From an uncultured Nocardiopsis sp. (GTDB lineage Bacteria > Actinomycetota > Actinomycetes > Streptosporangiales > Streptosporangiaceae), in assembly GCA_937957845.1 (NCBI GenBank), contig CALGOD010000459.1:1-32953 (forward strand): a stretch of DNA of 32,953 nt. Direction: 5' to 3'. Shown in pieces: positions 26,433 to 32,953 of the stretch. The position numbers were made by a program, and so were the translations under genes. The notes under the pieces were generated by a model. It was not told the DNA's origin, made no database searches, and worked only from the letters and a program-made list of their open reading frames with translations. Each line of letters opens with the position of its first letter. The stretch's first letter is position 1.

Positions 26433-27893
26433 TCATGTCTCGTCCGTGTGCGCCTGGCCACCCTCGTCCCGCAGCTCGTGGTCGCCACGGCTCATCGGGT
26501 CCACCTGGGCAGGGGCCTCGTTCTGGCCCTGGAGCACCACCGGCAGCTCGTCCTCGGTGGGTGGTTCGACCGTGGTCGTCTCCAGCTTGACCGCCTTCAG
26601 GATCAGCTCGCGCCACTCCCGGGGGAAGAGCACACCCGTGCGACCGGCCATGTCGTACGCCTGCATCAGGCGGTGCAGCGGGTCCTCCGAGACCGGCGGC
26701 CAGTCCAGCTCGACCTCACCGACGCCCAAAGCCCTGAGCACACGCCGCAGTGCGTCGTCCATGAGCTGCTGACGCGCTTCCATCGCCGTGTTGGTCGGCG
26801 TGTCCAGCGTCTCGGCCGTGGCCCGGTTGCCCGAGCCCGGGTCCGAGGTCAGCATCGGCAGCGGGATCTCCAGTCCGGCGGCGATCATCGACGCCAGCGG
26901 CAGCCCGGCGCTGAAGTCCACAGGGCGCACAGTCTGGAGGGCCTGCACGTCCTGGTTGGCCCCGAGGCTGACGGCGGCTCCTACGTCCGCCACACGGCCC
27001 GTAGCCGGGTCGTGCGAGGGTGCCGTGGCCAGCTTGCTGGAGACGCGCTGCTGGCCCTTCTTCGTGGAGCTGGTGACCTTCCAGGCGAAGCGGGCATATG
27101 CCTTGGCCAGCGTCGCACAGTTCTCCAGGAACTCCTTGTACGCCTTGGACCAGAACACCACGGCGAAGACGTCGGGCACACCCCACGTCCAGCCGACCTG
27201 GCGGTTGAAGGCCACGTGCACGATGCGCTTGCTGGTGTCCACCTGGACCTGCCCGATGCGGGTGACGGGCGCGGTGTCCAGCTCGTCGGAGGGATACCAG
27301 ACCTCGACCTGCTCCTCGGCCGGGGCGGAGGTGTTGTAGTCCGAGAGGTTGGCCGCCCGGCGGGTGTACGTGCGCTTGTAGTACAGCGCCGTCTCGGTGT
27401 CGTCCACCGCCGTGACGACGCCGCTCATCTGGTAGAAGGGGATGCGCTGCACCGTGCGCCGGGCCGCGTCCACCAGGAAGATCAGGTTGCCGTCGCTGGC
27501 CGCCGTACGCTCCAGTTCGAGCTGGGCCAGCGTGGTGCCGAAGGTGCGGTTCACCGAGGGTGTGCGCCAGGCCGCATTGGGCTCACCGATCTTCACACCC
27601 TTGCCCCAGATGTAGGAAGTGCGCACAGCGATGCCACGCTTGACCAGGGGGTTGATGGTGACCAGCGCCCGGCAGGTTTCGGCCGCCCGCTTCAGCGTGT
27701 CGAGCGGCATCTCCTCTTCGGACTGGAGCGGCCCGAGCGGCTTCCATCCGATGTCGTCCACCGCCAGCACAAGCTGGGCCATGGACTCGGTCAGTTCCTC
27801 GTTGCGATGCTCCAGCTCCGCGATGACTTCCCGCACCTGCGGATCATCGAGCTGAGACAGGTCTCGACCACCTGTCATCACCTGCTCGCTCAT
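26433..27893 (-). CDS. Portal protein
   Basis: 486 aa from ATG 27893 (SD GAAGGGGAGG). NPLVKRGIAVRTSYIWG, DGNLIF, GVPD and GNRATAETLD motifs; lies between terminase and protease. Confidence 0.9.
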   Translation of the reverse strand: MSEQVMTGGRDLSQLDDPQVREVIAELEHRNEELTESMAQLVLAVDDIGWKPLGPLQSEEEMPLDTLKRAAETCRALVTINPLVKRGIAVRTSYIWGKGVKIGEPNAAWRTPSVNRTFGTTLAQLELERTAASDGNLIFLVDAARRTVQRIPFYQMSGVVTAVDDTETALYYKRTYTRRAANLSDYNTSAPAEEQVEVWYPSDELDTAPVTRIGQVQVDTSKRIVHVAFNRQVGWTWGVPDVFAVVFWSKAYKEFLENCATLAKAYARFAWKVTSSTKKGQQRVSSKLATAPSHDPATGRVADVGAAVSLGANQDVQALQTVRPVDFSAGLPLASMIAAGLEIPLPMLTSDPGSGNRATAETLDTPTNTAMEARQQLMDDALRRVLRALGVGEVELDWPPVSEDPLHRLMQAYDMAGRTGVLFPREWRELILKAVKLETTTVEPPTEDELPVVLQGQNEAPAQVDPMSRGDHELRDEGGQAHTDET

Positions 27894-27919
27894 GGTCCTC
27901 CCCTTCATCTGGTGAGGCC

Positions 27920-27948
27920 AGTGTAACGGCATGGGAAAGGCCCGGCAG
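27920..27948 (-). promoter_or_regulatory. Putative sigma70/HrdB-type promoter for the portal gene
   Basis: On the - strand, CTGCCG-N17-TACACT, with the -10 at 27920-27925, 26 nt upstream of the portal ATG. Confidence 0.45.
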
Positions 27949-27968
27949 TTACCAGGCTGCCGGGCCTT
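27937..27968. terminator. Terminator hairpin downstream of the tRNA
   Basis: 12-bp inverted repeat AAGGCCCGGCAG / CTGCCGGGCCTT with short T runs on both strands. Confidence 0.7.
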
Positions 27969-27990
27969 CTTCCCCCTCATCCGTAATGTG

Positions 27991-28063
27991 CCTGCCTGGC
28001 TGGACTTGAACCAACAACCTCCCGGTCCCAGACCGGGTGCTCTACCCATTGAGCTACACGCAG
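27991..28063 (-). tRNA. tRNA-Pro(UGG), atypical; no encoded CCA
   Basis: Cloverleaf: acceptor CTGCGTG/CAGGCAG (one G.G mismatch), D arm GCTC-AATGGGTA-GAGC, anticodon arm CCCGG-TCTGGGA-CCGGG, T arm GTTGG-TTCAAGT-CCAGC; 73 nt. Confidence 0.8.
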
Positions 28064-28067
28064 TTGC

Positions 28068-28097
28068 GGGGCGGTACCTCCGGAGATGTACCGCCCC
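28068..28097. other. GC-rich hairpin immediately 5' of the tRNA
   Basis: 10-bp inverted repeat GGGGCGGTAC (28068-28077) / GTACCGCCCC (28088-28097). Confidence 0.6.
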
Positions 28098-28158
28098 CAG
28101 TGAGAAGTGAAGCAGAGGACCATGGGTGGTAGGAGATCCTTCGCTCGCAGAACTCACA

Positions 28159-28758
28159 TTACCTGGTGGTGGTCTTGGCCGCAACCTTGCGACGGTGAGC
28201 CGCCAGAGCCTCGAACGACGAGACAGCACTGATCCGTCCGTGCGGGTGCCTCACAGCCACGGAACCGTCCTGAATCAGCGTGATCTCTTCGATGTGATCC
28301 TCGTAGTCCATGGACTGCTCGACCAGCTCTTGACGCTGCCTGTCGATGATCCGGTCCTTTTCAGCAAGCTTGGCACTCGTCTGACGGCGGATCTCTTCTA
28401 CAGCGTCAATGCCGACCTCGTTGGCCCTACGGAGAGTAGGCAAGACCTCTTCGGTAACCCAGCGTCGGAACTTCTTTGCTTCGGGCTTAGTGCTGGCGAA
28501 GATCAAGTGGTACAGACCCGACTCGGAAACCACCAGCGCACGCCGCCTGACCTGCGAAGTACCCCTCTGAGGGGTAGGGAGTTCAACGACCTCCAGCCAG
28601 TACTCGTCGCGGTCCAAGATGCGCTGAGCCTTCTCCGCATCTCGGTAGCCGAGCGCCTGCGCAATGGGACTCAACATCAACACAGCGTTACCACGCTCGT
28701 CCGTACGAACCGTGTGCTGACCAAACTTGGTGTGGGTGAAGACCTGAACCTCAGACAT
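28159..28758 (-). CDS. Bro-N domain protein (antirepressor-like)
   Basis: IAQALGY...VVSESGLYHLIFASTKPEAKKFRRWVTEEVLPTLRR is the classic Bro-N signature; SD AAGGAGG. Confidence 0.9.
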   Translation of the reverse strand: MSEVQVFTHTKFGQHTVRTDERGNAVLMLSPIAQALGYRDAEKAQRILDRDEYWLEVVELPTPQRGTSQVRRRALVVSESGLYHLIFASTKPEAKKFRRWVTEEVLPTLRRANEVGIDAVEEIRRQTSAKLAEKDRIIDRQRQELVEQSMDYEDHIEEITLIQDGSVAVRHPHGRISAVSSFEALAAHRRKVAAKTTTR

Positions 28759-28794
28759 GAGGTACCCTCCTTGTAGGGAAACTAGGCAGTCCCC

Positions 28795-28803
28795 ATGGTA
28801 TCA
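28795..28803 (-). promoter_or_regulatory. Putative extended -10 promoter for the Bro-N gene
   Basis: TGATACCAT (TGn-TANNNT) on the - strand, 36 nt upstream of the ATG. Confidence 0.4.
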
Positions 28804-28830
28804 GGCCCGGTAGCTTCGGCTCCGGGCCTG
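28802..28830. other. Hairpin with cUUCGg tetraloop in the divergent intergenic region
   Basis: CAGGCCCGG-T-AGC-TTCG-GCT-CCGGGCCTG. Confidence 0.65.
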
Positions 28831-28901
28831 TGCTATGTCCCCTGACCTGGGAAGAGCTCGCCTGGCGAGCGGGGAGATCAGCCCCTCGACACCACCCTGC
28901 G

Positions 28902-28917
28902 TGTAACATCAGTTACA
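28902..28917 (+). promoter_or_regulatory. Palindromic operator-like site overlapping a leaderless -10 promoter
   Basis: TGTAAC-ATCA-GTTACA inverted repeat. It contains TAACAT (28904-28909) 7 nt before ATG 28917, and there is no SD sequence. Confidence 0.55.
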
Positions 28918-29555
28918 TGAGCATCCCGAAGATTCTCCACGCCTTCTGGGGCGGCCCGCCGATGCCCGCGCACCTGCGCAGCTACCTCCGCAGGTGGGAG
29001 GACCTGCACCCGGACTGGGAGCTGAAGGTCTGGTCACCGGGCACGCTGCCCGAGCTGCGCAACCAGGACCTGTTCGACCAGCCCGAGAAGTACAGCCCGG
29101 CCTCGAACCCGTGGCAGTGGAAGTCGGACCTGGCCCGCTACGAGCTGCTGTGCGACCAAGGCGGCCTCTACATCGACTGCGACCTCGAACCGCTCAAGCG
29201 GATCGACCCGCTCCTGCGCGGATGCAACGCAGTCGTGGCCCGCGAAGACCGCACCTACATCAACAACGCCTTCCTCGGCACAGTGCCCCGTGGCCGCTAC
29301 ATCTCCGCCATCCTCGCCGGACTCCGCAGGTCCGTACTCGCACAGCCCCGAGCCCGCGTGAACCGCCAGATCGGAGCCCACTACATCACCCGAATCGCAC
29401 GCCGCGTTCCCGACGTGCGTATTCTCGACGCAGGACTCATCTACCCGCTGCACTGGTCCGAGCTGGACCAGCGCGACACCAAGCCGGTGGGCGAGGCGTA
29501 CACCAAACACCACTGGCAGAACCGCACTGACCTCATCGCGAAAGGCGAGCTGTGA
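28917..29555 (+). CDS. Glycosyltransferase (GT32 / Gly_transf_sug, DXD type)
   Basis: IPKILHAFW, WEDLHPDWELKVW, SDLARYELL..QGGLYIDCD and INNAFLG motifs. The family N-terminus supports a start at 28917 rather than 28830. Confidence 0.9.
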   Translation: MSIPKILHAFWGGPPMPAHLRSYLRRWEDLHPDWELKVWSPGTLPELRNQDLFDQPEKYSPASNPWQWKSDLARYELLCDQGGLYIDCDLEPLKRIDPLLRGCNAVVAREDRTYINNAFLGTVPRGRYISAILAGLRRSVLAQPRARVNRQIGAHYITRIARRVPDVRILDAGLIYPLHWSELDQRDTKPVGEAYTKHHWQNRTDLIAKGEL

Positions 29556-30163
29556 AGGATAAGCTGCGCGACCTGCGCACACTCACTCCGCTGGAGACGC
29601 TGGAGCCGCTGTACGAGCTGGCGGCCATGGTCCCCGAGGACGAAGCCATCATCGAGATCGGCACCTACCGGGGTGCGTCGGCCTGCTGGCTGGGGGCCGG
29701 AGCACGTGACGGGTTCGGTGCGCACGTCTACACCATCGACCCTCACGACCTGCCCGGCTACCGCACCACCACCGGCCGGGGCCGTGGCGGTCTGGACTTC
29801 ACCGACCCGAGCATCCGCGAGGACGCGGAGCGCCAGATCCGGGAGATGGGTCTGACCGAGCACGTCACGATGATCCAGGGCTTCTCCGTGGAGGTCGGCC
29901 AGCAGTGGCGCGGCCCCAAGGTCGGCCTGCTCTTCATCGACGGTGACCACCGCCAGGACGCTGTCCGCAAGGACTTCTCCGCCTGGGAGAAACACCTGTC
30001 CGAGGACGCGGTCATCGCCTTCGATGACCACAACGAGTCGCATCCGGGAGTTCCCGCCGCTGTCCAGGGGCTGGTCGACAAGGACGTGGTCTCCGAGCCC
30101 GTGCTGTTCGACCGCCTGGCCGTGTGCGGCTTCATCCCGTGGCGTGAGCGGGAGGTCCGATGA
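29552..30163 (+). CDS. Class I SAM-dependent methyltransferase (Methyltransf_24-like, probable O-methyltransferase)
   Basis: IIEIGTYRGAS, VYTIDPH, LLFIDGDH and IAFDD motifs; GTGA coupling. Confidence 0.88.
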   Translation: MKDKLRDLRTLTPLETLEPLYELAAMVPEDEAIIEIGTYRGASACWLGAGARDGFGAHVYTIDPHDLPGYRTTTGRGRGGLDFTDPSIREDAERQIREMGLTEHVTMIQGFSVEVGQQWRGPKVGLLFIDGDHRQDAVRKDFSAWEKHLSEDAVIAFDDHNESHPGVPAAVQGLVDKDVVSEPVLFDRLAVCGFIPWREREVR

Positions 30164-30846
30164 AGCTCTCCGTCTCGATCATGGCCCACCGCCAGCGCCA
30201 GGCGGAGGCCGAAGAACTCCAGGGCTGGCTCGGCGGGGACACGCGCATCGCGTGGGACCCCCAGCCCAAGACGTCGCCAGACCCTCGCCAGCGATGGGTC
30301 ACCGGCCGTCTGGCCTGGGAGATGCACGACCCCACGGCCGACTGGCACATGGTCATCCAGGACGACGCCATTCCCGCTCAGGACCTCGTGGCCGGGCTGG
30401 AGAACGCGCTGAAGATCCTGGGGCCGGAAGGGCTGGTCGCTCCCTACAGCGGCACCGGCAAGCCCAACCAGTTCCACGTGAAACGCAACATCGCACACGC
30501 TGACGAGAAGGGCCACGCCTGGTGGTCCACGAAATCCCTGTGCTGGGGTGTGGCCATCGTCGCACCGGTGAAGACCATCAAGCCCATGCTGCGCTGGTGC
30601 TCGCTCACCCCGCGTGAACGTCTGAACTACGACATGCGCGTGGGGATGTACTACCGGGACGTGCTGAAGTGGCGAACCTGGTACACCAACCCCAGCCTGG
30701 TCGAGCACAGGGACGGCGACAGCCTCGTCGGCCACGGTACGACCAGCCCCGAAGGCAGGCGCGCTCACAACTTCCTGGCCGAGGGGTCGGCCGCCGACGT
30801 GGACTGGTCGCGCACCCCTCCCAAGGGGCTGATCGTGAAGTGGTGA
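30160..30846 (+). CDS. Glycosyltransferase (GT-A fold, GT2/GT25-like)
   Basis: SVSIMAH, WHMVIQDDAI, CWGVAIV and PSLVEHRD.DSLVG motifs typical of phage GT-A proteins; ATGA coupling. Confidence 0.7.
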   Translation: MKLSVSIMAHRQRQAEAEELQGWLGGDTRIAWDPQPKTSPDPRQRWVTGRLAWEMHDPTADWHMVIQDDAIPAQDLVAGLENALKILGPEGLVAPYSGTGKPNQFHVKRNIAHADEKGHAWWSTKSLCWGVAIVAPVKTIKPMLRWCSLTPRERLNYDMRVGMYYRDVLKWRTWYTNPSLVEHRDGDSLVGHGTTSPEGRRAHNFLAEGSAADVDWSRTPPKGLIVKW

Positions 30847-32952
30847 TCAGTACGGGCTGATCATCATCTCGGCGGCCTCCAGCATCTCCTCCAGCGCCGC
30901 GTTGGCGATATCCTCCGCTGGACTGGTCATGGTGTCCCCGTCCTGGGGGCCGTCGAAGACCTCTGCGCTGGCGTAGACCATGCCGTCCGCGTAGTCAGGG
31001 GACTTCACCCCCCGCTTGCGCATCTCCTCCTTGGTCTCGATGTACATCTTGGAGGTGCGGTAGTTGAAACGGATGCCTTCCAGCTCGTCCCTGGCCAGCT
31101 CGTGCTCGACCACCCGGCGGCTGCCGTTGGCCATCCCCTGCTTGAGCTTGTCGTACCAGTACGCTCGGGCGTTGCCGTAGCCCTGCACCGAGCCACCCTG
31201 CTCCAGCGGCGGGGCAGCCGCACCGTTCATCTCGATGACGGTGAACCACGCCTGGCCCCCGGCCTCCAGCTTGCGGTGCTCGAAGGCCAGGGTGTCCACC
31301 ACACCAGCACCGAGGCCCACGACGTCCACGCGGATCTCCACGTCGAACTCGGCCTTCTTGCCGTTGTCGTCCACCTCGCGCAGCTCGTCGGCAAGGTTCA
31401 TCACCTTGTGCGCGGTCTGCACGGTGTCCATGCCCTGCCACGAGTCCACGACCCACATGAGCCGCCCGCGCCGGGCCACCACCGTCGTGCGGTCGTCACC
31501 GAAGCGCGCCGGGTCCACGCCGATCTTGAGCTTGCCGTCCGGCTTGGGGAGGTTGTCCTGGTCGAAGCCGCGCGCCAGCACGGCCGGACCGAACAGGCTC
31601 ATCACGCCCTGCTCGGGGAACTTCGCCTCGACCTTGGACATGTAGCGCGGGTCGTCCTCGGTCCAGGCCCGCCGACGCTCGTCCACCCAGTCCCGCTGCA
31701 CCAGCACGTCCGGCAGCGGCATGGGCACGGGTTCACCGGTGAAGTTCGGCGTGACGCTGGCGGGGATCGAGATCCGGTTCCACATCGAGGCGTAGCGCTC
31801 GTCCAGGAACACCCGGCCGAACTCCGTGTCCCGGTCGTCGGGGTTACCGATGGCCAGGATGCGGGAGTTGGCGGTGGTGGTGATGGCCTCGACGCCGGTC
31901 CACAGCTCCTCAGGCACACCGCAGTTCCCTGACCACATGGTGTACCCGTTGCGGCGAGTGAACAGCAGGTGATCCTTGGGCATCGTCGCGCAGTAGACCA
32001 TGCCCTCGTAGTGGCTGACCTGCTCATTCTCGTTGTACATCTTGGCGTTGGAGGGCCGGTAAGGTCTCGTCACCACGTACCCGTCCACAGAGGACGTAGC
32101 CACGTGCCCATCCGGGAACGTGGTCTGCTTTCCCGCCAGCTCACGCTTGGATACGACAGAAGGCATGCCCGTCTTCAGGATGAGCTCCTGGAGGTCGTCA
32201 GCCATCTGTGGAGAGCTGGTGTAGATCACCTCACGAGTGCCGTGCCAGTATCCGTCGCCCTCGGCGTAGGCGTCCAGGTAGACCCCAATCTGTCGCGCGG
32301 ACGCATTGCGCACGAAGTCGGGAACACGGCGCACGAGCTGTGTGCGTCCCCACTGCGCCAACTCCCGAGCCAGCTTGGTGGAGTTGATCAGCACGTGGTC
32401 ACCGTGCTTCTTGGGATTGAAGCCCAGACGCTCGCACAGCTCGAAGATGCGCTGGTACGCCTCGCGTTCGGCCGACTGCGTGATGCACACGCGCGTCAGG
32501 TCCTTGTTGATCGAGCCTTCCGACCCGAACCAGCCCAGGAACGTCAGCCAGTCATCCGTCAGTGCAGGGTCGTCAGACTGTGTCCAGTCGATCACCTTCT
32601 TCACGAACTTGTTGCTCCAGGTGGCGATCTCCTGGCGCTCCTGCGTCCTCCAGTCCAACGGCTTGCCGTGCTTGCGCTGGCCGTAGAGCATGGTGTGGTC
32701 AGGCGTCACCGCGTAGTTCAGGCCCTTGGCGCTGTAGTAGTGCATAGGGCCGCTGTAGGGCTTAGACACGAGCTTGACGGGCTTGTCGTAGTACGCCTCA
32801 TGGGTTTGGGCGTCCATCGTCAGCAGACGCTCACTACCGTCCAGGTCAGCAAAGCGCTTCCACCCCTGGTCAGTCAGTACGTCCGTCTGATCGTCGTGAC
32901 ACGCCTCGTCGATCACGACCAGGACGTAGGGCCGGTGGATGCCCTGGAAGGC
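30847..32952 (-). CDS. Terminase large subunit (5' end outside window), intein-interrupted
   Basis: The frame is open to the window edge (AFQGIHRPYVLVVIDEA, Walker B). LAIGNP coupling motif; nuclease motifs IGVDPARFGDD, VDVVGLGAGVVD and KSPDYADG. Confidence 0.95.
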   Translation of the reverse strand, partial: AFQGIHRPYVLVVIDEACHDDQTDVLTDQGWKRFADLDGSERLLTMDAQTHEAYYDKPVKLVSKPYSGPMHYYSAKGLNYAVTPDHTMLYGQRKHGKPLDWRTQERQEIATWSNKFVKKVIDWTQSDDPALTDDWLTFLGWFGSEGSINKDLTRVCITQSAEREAYQRIFELCERLGFNPKKHGDHVLINSTKLARELAQWGRTQLVRRVPDFVRNASARQIGVYLDAYAEGDGYWHGTREVIYTSSPQMADDLQELILKTGMPSVVSKRELAGKQTTFPDGHVATSSVDGYVVTRPYRPSNAKMYNENEQVSHYEGMVYCATMPKDHLLFTRRNGYTMWSGNCGVPEELWTGVEAITTTANSRILAIGNPDDRDTEFGRVFLDERYASMWNRISIPASVTPNFTGEPVPMPLPDVLVQRDWVDERRRAWTEDDPRYMSKVEAKFPEQGVMSLFGPAVLARGFDQDNLPKPDGKLKIGVDPARFGDDRTTVVARRGRLMWVVDSWQGMDTVQTAHKVMNLADELREVDDNGKKAEFDVEIRVDVVGLGAGVVDTLAFEHRKLEAGGQAWFTVIEMNGAAAPPLEQGGSVQGYGNARAYWYDKLKQGMANGSRRVVEHELARDELEGIRFNYRTSKMYIETKEEMRKRGVKSPDYADGMVYASAEVFDGPQDGDTMTSPAEDIANAALEEMLEAAEMMISPY
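31924..32901 (-). mobile_element. Intein (326 aa) with LAGLIDADG homing endonuclease
   Basis: Starts CHDDQTDVLTDQGWK (block A), TPDH (block B), FLGWFGSEGS and YLDAYAEGDG (blocks C/E), ends YEGMVYCATM...MWSGN followed by Cys. Removing it restores VVIDEA-CGVPEELW. Confidence 0.93.
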
Positions 32953-32953
32953 G

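Noticed and set aside
26448-27926. 492-aa + strand ORF opposite the portal
   Set aside because: Mirror-frame artefact of portal codon bias.
27991-28063. tRNA as a prophage attachment site
   Set aside because: Phage genes continue on both sides, and no integrase or duplicated tRNA 3' end is visible in the window.
28064-28158. Possible second tRNA upstream of tRNA-Pro
   Set aside because: Only one hairpin; no T-loop or D-loop consensus on either strand.
27894-28229. N-terminal extension of the portal ORF (598 aa in the ORF track)
   Set aside because: It runs through the tRNA and two hairpins with non-protein-like composition; ATG 27893 has a strong SD.
28830-28916. Upstream start for the GT32 gene
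   Set aside because: The family N-terminus (IPKILH) begins right after ATG 28917, which fits a leaderless promoter.

Overview
A roughly 33 kb stretch of a high-GC siphophage genome, very probably infecting an actinobacterium (PGRP-type amidase endolysin, no LysB in the lysis cassette, so likely a non-mycolic host; this is inference). Two arms converge on a hairpin at about 6857-6884. The + strand arm (1-6850) is the replication module: Sak4-like AAA ATPase (5' truncated), SSB-like protein, primase/helicase, double-HTH protein, family A DNA polymerase and two small Cys-rich proteins. The - strand arm runs from an intein-containing large terminase (5' truncated) through portal, protease/scaffold, cement, capsid, head-tail and tail genes, tape measure, a 1716-aa mosaic tail protein and a lysis cassette. 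A 2.95 kb island between terminase and portal holds an opposite-strand, apparently leaderless glycosyltransferase-methyltransferase-glycosyltransferase operon, a Bro-N gene and an atypical tRNA-Pro. The most notable signals are: (1) a candidate virion glycosylation/methylation system, with capsid and tail-tube proteins both ending in Ser; (2) a 407-nt dual-coding overlap between the HTH gene and a degenerate UDG-like N-terminus of the polymerase; (3) a tail chaperone junction in the +1 rather than -1 frame, with a pseudoknot-capable leader; (4) a peptidoglycan-binding domain on 13 x 20-aa repeats fused to the tail hub; (5) an unannotated acidic peptide ending CDACQ just before the endolysin. 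All family assignments come from motif recognition by eye; no database searches were run.
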